DNA of 64,000 nucleotides from Balanoglossus misakiensis. Lineage: Eukaryota > Animalia > Hemichordata. This document shows, piece after piece, positions 37,727 through 52,077 of the stretch. The notes under the pieces are model-generated. The model did no database searches. It worked only from the letters and a program-made list of their open reading frames with translations, and was not told where the DNA came from. Position numbers and translations under genes: made by a program. The DNA lies in assembly GCA_040954595.2 (NCBI GenBank), contig CM082588.2:3184513-3248512 (forward strand), read 5' to 3'. Every line of letters starts with the position of its first letter. The stretch's first letter is position 1.

Positions 37727-39756
37727 TCGCGTTAGATATTAGTGAAACTTTAGTTTGCACAATCGAGTTTATATTACGTTTCTGTTAAAAAACTCTACAG
37801 GGTTTCGTGCGCAAACTGGTATTAAGGGAAACAATGCTTGCAGCGGTATAGTATCCAGAGCGCCTACGTGACTGTATACTGCAGGCTAATATTCGAGTTT
37901 CTTTGCGTGACAATTGTCGACAAGTTTTCACGGGGACTAAACTGAATTGCGCAAACAGCGAGCCTTTCAGTGAACGATGTAAAAGCCTGGGCTCTTTTCG
38001 CAGGAGGTGGTCCAAAGCCGTGTATTTTTCCCCAAACGGTTCTGCAAATTGTCCGTCATCAGCTACATTGCTTTTTGTGCAAACACTTTGTCATAGAATA
38101 TAGTCGCCCTGCAGGTTCTCGTCATCAGTGCTACCACGAAGTGTCTATACACAGGATTGAGCGCACACGCTTCGGAATTCTAAATATAAATGGGCGTGTG
38201 AATGTGTCCTGCCCAGCTAGTCACACAGGCAAAGAAATGAAAAATATAAACATTTCAAATATCCTGTGATAATCGTTTGTTTGCTTTCCAAGCAGGTTAA
38301 CAGCTCAAACCATGGCTGCTTCCCTTCACAAGTACACTGTATCACCAGTTGGCGTGTTTGCTTATTAGTTGTGGGGTTATTTTGAGAAAAGGGTGGAAAA
38401 CATACAGTGTCGGCCATCTTAGGGCAGTATATGAGCCTTGAAAATCAAAAGGAGCAGAGTTCGGGGAGTTAAAGACGATTTTGTGGTGGCACGTTCAACG
38501 ATTATAGGGGCGCTTTCATCACTTACAGCCAAATCACTTCTGCCCCAGGCTGCGAAGTAAATATTTTCTCGCTGTTAACGTTTTTCGAACAACGGCAGAT
38601 TAATCAAGTTAAAGAAATCACGCTGTTGTCCGTGAGTGATTGTGTTCAAATGCGGTTATCCGTCAGCTGGAGAACACGCGATATTTCCATAACGTGTCTG
38701 TGTTTTCTGGGGGGAGGGGAGGTCGCAGAAATACCGACGCTTTTAGTCGATACGCACGTAATACATTAGCTGCTAATTTGTCCCCGACAACGCGTTCTCT
38801 TCACAGTAACTGTAGCCGACGGCAACTATTTCAGGCACACCGACGACTCCGGGTCTAGGTCAAGCCCTTCTAACGTGGCATTTCACGCGGCCGAGTGTGA
38901 CATAATTGCGTTTTGAGTGATACTTGTACTTCCCCCGGTTCACAGGCGCATAAATTAGCTGTTTTTAAAACCTTCTATGACGACACCGGTCTGGTTTGGG
39001 AACGCAAACAACCAAGTGTCACACTTTCGGGGTCGCGTCGCCTACGTTTTTCTTACACTGGGTTCCAGGTCGGTTTTTTAAAGGTTGGCCAATTCATTTA
39101 TATTTGATTAATGCCATGTTTTCATTAACCCGTTCTCGAATATAGCATCGATGGCAACGTTTCTCCCCAGCATTTGTGGATTTAACGAACGCGCCATTCG
39201 ACACCTCGCCGCGCTAGTGCAACGGAGGGAACGATTGCCACAAGATTACACGCTCCATAAATCTCCATCTCGTGCTTGACACAACGTTAGATGTCAACAC
39301 TGAACAGGGGCGCTATGATATAGCGTAATATAATCTCAAGTAACAAAATATGATCGTATTAGACAGGAAACTTCACCTCCTGACGATATATATCCCCATG
39401 ACATCCGACAGGTAAAGTGATTTACCTCTCTTGCGAGAGAGAAAAATAAATGAAGAGCGGGTCGTGACAAGAAGAAGGGTCGCTAAGGAAATTCCATTAT
39501 CGAGAAAGAATAACATTAAACATTATAAATTGCACAAATCCATATTTAGGAAGGTCGATTATAAATTCAAGAGACGGCGAATATTGCATTTATGAGATGA
39601 CCATATATATTCAGTGTAATTCGGTTAATGAACTAAAACTTGTTTCAATTTAAAGTTATATAGCATTTCGGTCGTTTCATAGGGTACTGTCAGGCTACAA
39701 ACTTTGTCAACCCCCTTAGACTTACCCCAGTTAGTCATGGTTTGTGTCTGTGTAGT

Positions 39757-39830
39757 CGATGATGATGATGGTGATGGTGACGATGACGATGGTGACGGTG
39801 ACGGTGACGATGGTGATGGTGACGGATGAT
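39757..39830 (+). repeat. Compound trinucleotide microsatellite (GAT/GAC/GGT)
   Basis: Directly visible. Confidence 0.85.
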
Positions 39831-42715
39831 AATTTTGTATATGATTGACTCCAAATCGAGAATTCGAAAAATTGAAATTGCTCACAGAGTCCAGACCAGC
39901 TAGGTAGATTCCTAATTCCCAAGGCGATGTGGAGTGACGTGCTCCTCCCAGGCACTGTTGAGAAGTGTTCCTCGTGGTTTTTGTGAGAAGACCTTTTATA
40001 TAGGTGACCATCTGGTTATTACTAATATTTAAATGAACTAGTTGAAAAGACATGGCCTTTTGTTATGCAAAGAAAAAGCTACCCCTCTCTCGACCAAGCA
40101 ACTAAACAGGGTGTGTCGTAACAGTTTCTTTCTATAAAGTGTTAATGCACACTGTTATGTTGGCACCGCCTAACGTGATTTCGTCGATTTGGGACCACTG
40201 CGGTGGCCAGCCTGCGTCGCCAGTGTGCTAATCACTTCGCGCATAAACACTGCGCAATATGTCTCCATATAGCTGTTGCCTGCTGCCCTGTCATTAACAC
40301 CTACACGTTTACATTCAGTGCTACGTATGCAGGGAACATTAGCAAATATGCGGTCTCTACGGTGGGCCGGACTTGTCTTAGAAGATGTGTTTCCAAGCTT
40401 TTAGCCGCCAAGCAATCCGTCCCTTCGTTAGTTTATTATAAAATCGGGTTTTGATGTCACGGTACAAAATGTACATCCATATGACGCGCACGGACCCGTG
40501 AGGATTAAATTATGTAACAGGTTGTCAAAATGTCCAGCAGTCATCAAAATATACAAATCCCCAAGAGAAAAGTGTTCATGTATTTATTTATCCCACAGAA
40601 CAGGGTAACATATTTGTTATCGTAGGTAAGGCAGTACACGACCACTCAGCGTTTGGCGCAGAGTGAGCTCTTGGTATTGCTACCAACGAAAGATCTCGGT
40701 CGCCTTATCAATATTCTCGTCACACTTACTGGCAATTTCCGGACAGAAGTGGCGCGGCGCCAATCAGGAAAATCATCACCCAGGATTCAAATTCGAATCA
40801 TTTTTAGAGATCATGAACGTGGGTGATATCAAGAACTGCGCGGGGTGAGAATGATGACTTTGAGAACGCCGCTAATTTCAACCGCAGATCGTTAGTACCG
40901 ATAAACAATAACTCTATCGAGTGAGGCTGGGTGGAGAACTTAGAAAACAGCGAAACTGCACGCGAATACCGTCATCTTCGCCTAACATATCAGCTCCGTG
41001 ACAAGATACCAACTTACGCCCCACTTTTTTAATCGAGTAAACGTGACACATCACGATTCCATGAAAACAAAAACCGTTTCCGAGTTGATGCTATTTCCCC
41101 TCGAAGTAGTTTGACAGCTTCACTGGGCTCGAAATAAAAGGTTTCGCCAAACTTGTACATACTTGTGACTGGCGCATTGATTCGAACAGACACCCCGTGC
41201 TGCATTAATAATGTAAAGTCAGGTGTCTCATCTAGTTCTTTTCCAGATGAAAAAGGGGCAGCGTGATCTTTCATATTGAAAATAATAAGATTATATTGCA
41301 AGCGTACTTTTCCAAGGTTGCAATATAATTCAAGAACGGCATACTCACAGCATGCGGGCCGGAGAAATTGTCATTTCGAGAGATGCAAAATGCAACTTGT
41401 ATTCCGTGACAGATACTTTTACAAGTGCGTGCCCTATAAAAGTCACGTGACCGCTTATCGTCGATTTACTGATCACAACTCTATTGTCAAACTCATCACT
41501 GAGTCATCTTCCCAAGTATCACCACTGGAAACTCCTTAATGAAAACCCCCGTTGCGACCTGCCGGTTAAAGCCGTTTCATTATTGACCGAACGACTATTC
41601 CGTAATGAACTCGGCAGTCCGTCCGATGTGTAGAGTGTGTTTTTTGATAATTCGCGGCGTAATTGTGTTATCGTAAAACATTGAAGGAATCAGCGAAGCG
41701 TGATATAGTGACAGAGCCGGTCTGTTTTGTTAGAGAGAAAAAATGGCACGAGGTGTGCCAACAATCACACTTGACTGCACAGAATCTTCTTCACCGTGAC
41801 AGTGTGTGTTTTTCTGCCTTCGGGCAGATTGAGAACTCGCGATTAATTTCAGGTGGACTGTTTATTTAACTGGTTAACTGTGGGGGAATTTCCATCGCGG
41901 CGTTGAAATCAGGGAATTTCACACCACGCTCGTCTGCCAACCAAAGAAATCGTACCAGTTCAGAAGCTATAGGCTGGGCGGGGGTTTAAGCGATAGATTA
42001 CAAAACAAAACAGTCGCGGTGTTAAAACACGGTCACGCTCCGTCAAAGACATCATCCGAGCGGGAAAAGCAAATGAAAACAAATGGGTCACACGAACCCA
42101 GGAGACACTGTACATTGTAAACGCCTACAGTGGTGCTGATGTGAAAACGCTTTAACGCCGACTGAGATGTGTGTCAACATGTAATTGGTTGGTCGGAGGT
42201 TTAATCCAATGTCTCCAAAGGAAAAGAAACGCATCTCACTAGGGTTCTCAGCTAAAAGGTACTCTGGCACAAGCGGATTACCTGGTCTTGTATGGCCTAT
42301 ATAAAACTCATTCCACGTGGCAATGCATTGATAACGCGACTTATCGATTATGATACATGTTTACACAGATATTTATTCTAACGTTCCACAAATAATTCGA
42401 AATGTACTCCTGTCCACACATGGCTGACTAAACCCCTTTGCGCACGAGTGAGCCGTTGAGGAACAAGGAAAAGGTTCTCTTTAGCCCCACGACTTCATTA
42501 CACAGTGTGTCATTCCTGTTCCCAACTGGTTAGTCCGTTGACAAAAGAAAATTACTAATCCGGTGGATAAAAACAAACAGCCGGTGGATTAATCGTGCTT
42601 TCATTTGCTCACCATCAGATTAGTGGTATCATGTTGAGCACGGATTGGTTAGAAAAGTTATATTTTCTTGCTGTGGTATTCATGCTAACTCAACAAATAA
42701 TACATATAATTTAAC

Positions 42716-42792
<77 letters not shown>
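42716..42792 (+). repeat. (GAT)n microsatellite
   Basis: Perfect run of about 25 units. Confidence 0.97.
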
Positions 42793-43547
42793 TCATCTAT
42801 ATTTAGGGATACGTACTATACACCATTGCATACACCTGCATTTAGGAGTGGGAGCATACACGTGATGATCGGTAATTTGTAATTTTGCAGTAGGCATTAC
42901 TCACGTCAAGTGATAAGAAAATAACGTCGGCTTGCAATTGCATGCATCAGGGATTTGCTTTTCGGGGAATATATTTCTGAAAAGCGATAGAAACGATTTG
43001 CCAGATAGAATGATGGCGCGAGTTTTTTTCTTCTGTTGAGACATGTTATGCTTTAATTTTCCGATGTCTGGAAAACAGTTACGTCTCTGATCTATAATCC
43101 AGGGAAAATTGAAAACATGTTTTGACAAAAGCCATCGGCGTGAGAGATGTGAGTGGGCGTTTCCATTGGAAATCATTTAGTCGAATTCTTGACAAGTACC
43201 CTAATTATCCAGAGATAAAACTGCGCAGCGGTAATCGATTTGAACTGGGTCTCGGGATGACTCAAAAACATGTCACAGAAAACTAGACAGCGTCGCTTCT
43301 TGTCTATAGATGTGATATCTGAATGTCAATGGAAGGGTGATCAGCTTATGTCTCTCCATAGAGATAAATAGTGCACGAGGCCGCACGTCGCTTATGTGTA
43401 ACAATAGCGTTATCTGTAACTAACATCCTTATTAGGCCGTCTGGAGAAGTTGGCAACCGGGGGAGGGGCGTCTTAGGCGATCAGAGAAAAGCTCCTTACG
43501 ATGCTATGTGATAGAGGACTTTCGTTAACATATTAACTCAGAACCCG

Positions 43548-43606
43548 TAATCAATCAATCAATCAATCGATCAATCAGTCAATCAATCAATCAGTCAGTC
43601 AATCAA
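43548..43606 (+). repeat. (AATC/AGTC)n microsatellite
   Basis: Directly visible. Confidence 0.85.
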
Positions 43607-43646
43607 TGAACCGAATAGCCTACCTGTCTGCCTGCCTGCCTATCTT

Positions 43647-44051
43647 CTAGTCTCGGTTACCAGGACTCCTCTGTTTCTTCCGCTCCGCTCCAGAAAGAGA
43701 AGGTCTGGGGCAAATAATATACAAAACTCTCCGGATCTCCGAGCAAAGATGGCCGACTCGAAGCAAACGCGATGCATGATGGGTGCAGCCTCGTACAAAA
43801 ACATGCTGAAAAGTGCTGGACCTGCAGAAACTATCCACAAATTGAAGAGAGAGAGAGAGAGAAAGAAGTTTGGTAAATAGTTTACTAATATCGTTACAAC
43901 ATAATGTCAAATGTCATAAATGTCGACCATCATGCAAAGCTTTTGCCTCGAGTCGGCCATCTTTGCTCGAAGAGTTTTCTATAGTATTTGTCCCAGACCC
44001 TCTTCTGGAGCGGAGCGGAAGAAACAGAAGATTCTGGGTAACCGAGACTAG
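43647..44051. mobile_element. MITE (~405 bp) with ~130-bp imperfect terminal inverted repeats
   Basis: Left arm CTAGTCTCGGTTACC...TCTGTTTCTTCCGCTCCGCTCCAGAA...CGAGCAAAGATGGCCGACTCGA...GCATGATGG is mirrored by CCATCATGC...TCGAGTCGGCCATCTTTGCTCG...TTCTGGAGCGGAGCGGAAGAAACAGA...GGTAACCGAGACTAG. CTAG at both ends (TA or CTAG TSD). Confidence 0.85.
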
Positions 44052-47000
44052 CCTACCTACTTGCCTGTCTGCCTGTCTGTCTGTCTGTATGTACGTGTGT
44101 GTGTCTGTTTGTCTACACCCAGAGGAAGAGACAGGGACGTCAACTTCAAAAAGCGCTGCGCATATAAACAGACTGTGGTGAAAACTATACTTCAATAAAG
44201 ATCATGAGGTTTCGAAAATCTACGATTGACGTTGTCACACCACATCTCAAGCATGCATGCGCACCAGGCGTTGCACTTGATGAAAATTTCCAATCGCTTC
44301 AAAAGTACATTGCGTTTCGAACCTTGGCCTGCCCCTGCGTTTTGGCTCAGCATATTGCCTGCATCTGCGCTAGATTAGAGATGTCTATCTAGTAGTGTCA
44401 CAAATTAAACCATGTATATAGCTGCTGCCGAAAAAAGGCTCGTTTAACCTAGATTACCATCCCTGGCAGCTGCGGTTTTGCTACCAAAACGGGTAATAGC
44501 TTCAATCAGCCAAACGAGGCGACAATGACGCGGCGAACACTCTCGTTACGCCGCTAACCTTTCTTATCAGCGCCGCGGCCATGAGAGATTGGGGCCGAGG
44601 GTCAATCGTGCCAGTTCAATACTGATTTTAGCAAGAGATGTGGTTTGCATCACAATGGGAAACGGGAGAATCTATTGATGATAACGTTTAGCGCAAGTGC
44701 GAACACCAGAGTTGGTGCAAATATTTAAATACCGAGATATTTGATGATATCTCGTCCTATGGTCTACCTGAAGATTAATGAACAAATGTGAATGAAAGTG
44801 GACCGGGCTCCAATTGAATAAGTACCCCTCGGACCGTATAAATTACGATTTCCTGTTTTATGATACTGATATTAATTTGTAAGGGTGGAGTTTTAATGAA
44901 CCATAGTCATCGAGCTACACAATGTTCGTGACAAGCTATTTTCAAACCAAAATTATCGGGAATGCTTTGAGTGTGTCTTTCTGGGTCTTCAATAAAATAT
45001 GTTAGCTAGAATACAGATAATTAAGAAGACTCGATTCGGCATTTTTGAAAGACAACTATACCTGTAGTTGTAACTGCACTCAAATCAACTTCCGTACACC
45101 ATGTTCAACGCACCGGATATCTTTTGACGCAAATGTCCGCACTTACAGCACGCCCACCACCCACTAGTGCAAGCTGTTATTTTTAGATTCCGAACTAATT
45201 GGTGATTACTCGGCTTTGTAAGCCGTGCTTTTACTTACATACGTCATGAAATATCTGTAAATTTGGCGGTCTTTCAATGCATTTGTTCTCGAGTTACAGT
45301 TAAGAAACATCAAAGCGCAATATCCTCGTCAAATCCGTCTATCAGGAGACTCCCTTTTTCTGGAGCAAGTGTCATGAGAGAATGGTCAACTTTTTCCGGA
45401 GTAAGCAAAAGGAATACGGGTGGCAAACGGATGACTTTTAAACTTTTATTATAACCGGCGCGTGCTTGGATTACCGAAAGCCTTTAGTACGATGACACGA
45501 CTGTCTCCCTTGGGTTTGTGCCTAGAACACCTTAAGGTCTCGAAGTTGGGTAGATCATGTAAATTTACCGATGTAATCAGTATTTTCGCTCTCTGCTGGA
45601 CGCGACGTCTGGCTTTCGTGAACAAAGCTATGCTCACTATGACGTGCGACTAAAAGCTGCACTATCGCACGTATATGTTAAGGTTTTGATCGTGTTACCA
45701 TTCACATCAGCACGCCTACATACACTGGGATGTCAATGTTTGCTCAGAATAACCCCATTTGCGGCATTAAGGCAAACCTCCAGTGTCGTGAAGTGAAAAG
45801 TTCAGTCGACACCCAACGATCGCGAAATTCTGCGTTAATGCTCGCCCTGCTGAAGAGTTTGTTACTTGTCTCTTTGGATTAATAGAGTAACGCCATTAGG
45901 ATGCGTTTCAGAGAGACGAGATCATATTAGTCAGTCAATACACAGGCACGGGCAAAGGTGGGAAGTTGTGATACAGATGGTTTGACGCAAGGTCTGCTAA
46001 CATTAAGGACATTATAAAACACCTACATATGATAAAAATGACACCGTTAACGTGCAAAGTTTTTCCCCATGTAAGCTTCTCGTCATATTACTTACATGGG
46101 ACTTGTGTTGTCAACGCCTTTGCCATTTCAAGGCTTATATAAATCCACATTTCGTTCTTATGATCGGATTACATCTATATTATTTATCGCCGGGTAACAA
46201 CGGTGATGGGATATTTTTTCCAATAAAAAAATCATGGAATCATGCAGTAAGTTGTCCCTTGCATGAAATATATATAATACATGTAAGTATACTTCCGCAA
46301 GAACGTTTTAAACACAGACGGGGTTCAACAAGACGGCATACAGCGGGGTGAGTTACTGTTCATCAACCAATGAAAAGATAGCGAGGTATCCGGAAAAAAA
46401 TCTCTGAAAATTTAGTTTTCTGTTGAACGTGTAGGATATGTTCTCATCAAAGGAACCGCTTGTGTGAAATATTATCTCTCTCGTTATACCGATATCAGCG
46501 GTATCTACTGAACTTGTTTATAGGCCATTTGTCATCCATTATTATACCAACAGTACATGCACAACTGTGATACTACCAAAGATTTCAAAATTTCAGTCTC
46601 TCGTGTGCGTACTTCATTAATAGAGAATTGTTGACGAATTACCCATTCCGTTATGTAAATAACGTAGTTATTGTACACAATATATCTTAATTAAAACAAA
46701 CCCAAAACGTACAACAATACACTGGATTCGAAGTCAATTCAAATGTTTAGGAACGTCACTAATATTTTGGCAATTAAAAAAAAATAAAAGACAACGGGAC
46801 AACGGGGAGAGAAGAAAACATCTCGCTGCTTGGAGCACCTGAATGTTATTTCACTCAAAAAAATAATTTCGCTGCAATTAAAATCACAAACCTTGCCTCG
46901 TAATTGTTCGCGGTTCAATGCATGATTTAATACCGCCAATTTATATACACAAAGCGTACTTAATCTAGAAATTGGCATGTTCAATATCAGCAATCACAAG

Positions 47001-47439
47001 ACCACATATCGAGTTGACAGGCAGAGCATTTACGTATTGCAAAAGAAAAATAAAACTTTGAATATTAAACCGTGTTGATAATTACTTGCACGGTGTTTGC
47101 TCAAACGAATCGTTCACTAACACGAACATACGTTTAAGGGAAATCGGTCTCTTTGGCACTATCTTTAAAGTCAGAAATTTGAAAAAAAATAGTATCCACC
47201 CAAAATGTCTTACTTAACTCCAATCTGTGTCAATCCCGTCTTTTGACGCGCATTATCTACTAAGCATTTAATGAAAACGAACTGAAACGTATATGGTGTC
47301 ATTTCCAGCTGTTTTTGGCCCAATCCAGATAATGGCTCTCGGATAGAATATTTCCTTGCAATTCGTCCCGGGTACATGATGTTGCTAAGATGCGAGGCAT
47401 AGGAAGTCAATGGCGTATGAGTACCCATCCCAATACGAC

Positions 47440-47528
<89 letters not shown>
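47440..47528 (+). repeat. (GAT)n microsatellite
   Basis: Perfect run of about 29 units. Confidence 0.97.
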
Positions 47529-47529
<1 letters not shown>

Positions 47530-50500
47530 GCTATCGACAGAATCCTCGGTTTGTTCTAAAGGATTATGAGTGTCGAGTATTCCTCGATTTTAGGAGATTT
47601 TCTCACGTACAGCGAGTGACTCAAGTCATTAATTGTGCTGACTGGCACCGCGTCGTAAAATCGATGGATAGCCTCGAACAACATATATAGACGACACTTT
47701 TCACGGGCGTCGCAAAGCTCTTCGTCACGCAAAATTCTCCATCGGAAATCCGCAAGGGTGTACCTTTGGCCTTGGAGTTCTGTTGTCTGATTTACGGTGA
47801 AGTGGATAAGTATACTAAATGGGGCTAAATCGCTTATCTTGATGGGAAATCGTCGCCTCATAAAATCGATTGATTGCCTCTAAGAAATAACTGAAAAACA
47901 ACAGACATACTTTCCAAGAGTTATGCAAAACTCGTCACGCACATTCGACAAGAAATCGTGCAGTGTGTCTCTGTGATAGATCTCGACCTAAAGGTTCACA
48001 CCCCCCCCCCCCGGGTTTTGCATTAGCTCTTGATGGCGCATTGAGTATCTATGTGGTACAAAACCTTTGTTTTCCATTGAAATCCTTATCAAGTTGAATC
48101 CATTTGCTTCTTAATATAGATACAGTCGACGAAGAAAGTGCGACTTTTAAAAATATCAAACGTCAAATGTCTCTCAAGTGATGCTTGCGTGAGAAAGAAT
48201 CATGAAGCCTCGGGACCTTCAGGAAACAGTCTTCACATTGGCGTCACAAATGTACAGGTGAAATGACGAGTAGAAAAAACACGAGGCTTCGGTTCCTACT
48301 TCTCGAATGCCAAAGCAAAGTATACATACACATAGCAGAACAACAAGTAAGAACAACATGTATGTATGTACTATGTAACTCATTCTGCTTATCCACAACT
48401 AAGAAAATGTTGATGAAAAGCTGAATAGTGCAAGTTTAGTCAAATTTCCTGCATCCAAATACACGAGAGTCGAAACGAAGAGCAAGCCGAAATTACAGCC
48501 GCTTTCCAATTATATGTCATCCGGTCACATGTTGCAACCAATACGGCGTACTTGTACATGAACAGCAGGCAGCGAAAGCTTGTTCCCTTTGTCACACGAA
48601 GAACCAATGAAGCGAAAGATAATGTATCTATTAGCTACGCATCACAGCAGAAATACGTTGCCACTAATGAAAATTGTCACAGAGTGGCACCCCGCCGCGT
48701 CATAGCAACGACCAGAACGATTAGACGCACTAACACAACTGTCTTTCCAAGGTTCCACTCGCAAGTCACTCTTTGAGATCTCACTACATGCTTATGCCAA
48801 TGAGTCTTCTCTCAGTAACTGCAAATATTCATATCAGAAAATTAAACCCGCCGGCATACTCTATACACACCGTTTTCCCGAAGGGAGGTGTAGAAGGACA
48901 CGCTGTTGTCCTGGCCCGTTGCCAACAGAAATATCGGGTAAAGCTTCTATTCACAACAAAATCATATATATCTGCAGAATTTCAAAGTGTTTTCAGAAAG
49001 CACATATATTCAGTACATCAATGTACACGTGCGATGGAAATACACAGAAATGGGGCGTGGACACCAAGCTGACATATTTCTCACCGGCGCATGTTTTACA
49101 TGTACATGTATATATGCCTGGCCAGCTTTCTGCTATTTATCACTCAGTCTCCCAACACACACTATCCATATCCATCATGGATTAATTTCAAGAAAAATGC
49201 CAACAATTATTTGAGCACACGGTGATAAAACCATAAATATTTGTGTAGGTAAGTGCTAAAAGCGTCATCATATTTAATTTGCCGTGTGTGTTTCATTGTC
49301 GGACGAGATCAAACATATTGCCAATCCGGTGTTGCTTGCCATCTTCAATATCCATTTAAAGCGAACCCAGTAATAATGTTTACCCCATTACACGTCGCGT
49401 AAAATTTACATTGCAGTGGTTATTCTTCAAGATAAATAATATGTTCAGTAAAATCCGTCGAATTGATCACGTTTGATAAGCATATCAGAATGATTGAGAT
49501 AATTCTCAGGTTTTGTATGTCAACTAGTACATGTACACAGAAACCTTCAAATTGATAAGAAGCATATTGACAGACGAGCTTTAATACATACTGGACGTTA
49601 TGTCAATGGGCCTGACCCGTCTTACAGGGTTTGCCTTCCACAACTGGGTTTCTCAATGGAATCTGGATTCAAAGTCATTTCACTTCCGCAGATATGATTA
49701 TATGCAGCGTTAAATTCCCTTTCACTTTGTTCGCTCTGTCACAAAGGCGAGAAACACACAGCTGTTTGAAGCATTGTATGTGGGTTAGAGCAGTTTTGAA
49801 AACACGCTTGATCCAAAGTGTGACACATTTACACATGTTATTCAACTCTGGGGATAGGCCACTGGGAAAGTATTTCCACAATTTCCAGGTTATAGGTCAA
49901 AATTTGACGTGTTTTTTTATGGGAAAGCTAATAACCAGGAAATCTGTTGACAATGTGATGCCACTTAACGCCAAAATACCACGAAGGCCAAAGTCATTTA
50001 AATCCAATTATTCGGGCTAAATTTACAGGTGTTAGCCTTTTTCGAAAACATGAAGACAACCAGTACCAAATGTACTCTCCTGGTGTAAAAAACAGTCCAT
50101 GCATTCCATAAAGCCTTATTTTGAGACAAGGGAAACACACAGAGTCTGAAACAAAATGATGAAACAGAACAGCTGTGCTCCGTTCTCCCAATGCATTGCT
50201 TTAATCGCCCCAGTGTTTGATAACCCTGACATGGCCAGTGCCAACCATACGACATCCGTTATGTAACGGTCGCCGTGTTCTTGCAACAGTTGCTGGTTGA
50301 ATAACGACCACCGTCATAGAAGATTAGCGAACGCCACTTCGACGGTTTTCTGACATTTAACACGTGTGATGCATTAATTAACAAATATAACCCCAGGGTT
50401 ATGATGACCTAGCAATTTTCATGTGTTGACGACACGGGTTAAGAAATTGTTATTTTTTGGTTACAGTATTATTAATCACAGTACTATAATATCATCAGTT

Positions 50501-51985
50501 TGTTTCTTATTCAAAGCCAATTTGTCCCAATAAATCGTGCAGTAGACCGTACTGGTATTTTCGCTGGTCTGAAATTAAGGGCGCGTTCAGATATTGCGGC
50601 CGGGTGGGCCAGCAAATGCTGATGTGTATAATCGTTCTGTTTTGATGCACGTTCATATCTATGATGTATAGAAAATGGTTCCCTAAATACATTTGTTAAC
50701 AAAATTTGCACATGTGGACATGTTTCACCATGATCACTCCAGACACTGCGCAAATGAGCGAGTATACCACTCACTGCTATTCAGCCCTTGGGTTTTTCTG
50801 TCATGGTTGCAGTAGACACGTACATGTAAACAAACTGTCAATATCAGTGCGATTTTCTTCGTGTGTATTTTAACATGATACTTTCATTGGGGATATTATT
50901 TTAAAACAAGCCGTGACGTTTTGATCGGTGCCTAAAGATAGGCTGGCGAGAATTCCATGGTCTGCTAAAGCCCAGTGGTATATACCATTTCGTGTGAGAT
51001 GAGACAACTGTTATGTACATGACGTGTGAGTGGTCATCTATAGATTCCTGAACATTGGGATATACACGTAAGAGTTCACACAGTGGAGCCCTGAACATTG
51101 GAACTTGCAGCAAATCACTTGTTGGTAAATTATGGTGTCCTCGCTGGTTGAGAGAGTAACTCATGCAATACAACAGAGAGAGTGGTTTGCTGATCAAAGA
51201 TTTCGTTGAGATGAAAGGATATATATTTATAAATTTACACTGCATCACGAGGATAACACAAAGCCAGCCGGATTAAGTTGCTTTCTTGTGATAGCCTTTT
51301 AATGGAAGTTGAACAGGGAATGCAATCGACAAGAGACTTTCTCGGCGTATTTTCTGGCTTAGGGCCTGAAGGAATTCGAGATAGTGTTGCAATTCGTGAC
51401 GGTCGGGCTATTTATCCGTGATAGAAAAATTGACACAATGGGTATTGGCTGATAAGGGTATATTTAGATACGACAGAGCAGAGAAAGAAAGCTGAATACT
51501 TTGCAGAAACCATCTTGAAGGCCGATGCGAGGCATACGTGCGCACCATTGACATTCTAACCACCCACGAACTCCTGAACCAGATCTCGGAGTTCAAAAGT
51601 CAATCGCCGATTTTAGACGCCTACTTTGTTTTAGCTGAGAACCCTAATTGGGATGTATTAGAGTGACTGAGGGTCCAATTGAGGTACCCTTCTCCAGTCT
51701 CGTAGATTATCTGTAACAGAGTCGACGACGCGACGGACATTAATCGTGTGAGAAACAACCGGGTTTTCGCAATCTCTTCCTCTCGGGATGAACTAGTTTC
51801 CATTCGGAAGAACTCCCGTCCGCGTCTATTTCCTTTCCAGGCATTTCAACTCACCACCGTAGTCTTTTCGCCGGAAAGGGAAAAATACAGTCAATTATTC
51901 GCTACGAGCGATCAATAATTAATAGGCGATATTCTGAGAGGTGAATTCGGATGTTGACGATGTGACCAGCCGAAAACTGCACGGT

Positions 51986-52077
51986 CGCGTAACACCAGTG
52001 GCCACTGCACGCGTAACACCAGTGGCCACTGCACGCGTAACACCAGTGGCCACTGCACGCGTAACACCAGTGGCCAC
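51986..52077 (+). repeat. 24-bp minisatellite, ~4 copies
   Basis: CGCGTAACACCAGTGGCCACTGCA starts at 51986, 52010, 52034 and 52058; contains the palindrome CAGTGGCCACTG. Confidence 0.95.

Noticed and set aside
39625-40053. 142-aa ORF with a Ser/Pro run
   Set aside because: Kept open by the trinucleotide microsatellite; no domain.
51621-51803. 60-aa ORF METSSSREEEIAKTRLFL... with a protein-like start
   Set aside because: Short, and no convincing splice continuation or family motif; BLASTX would be needed.
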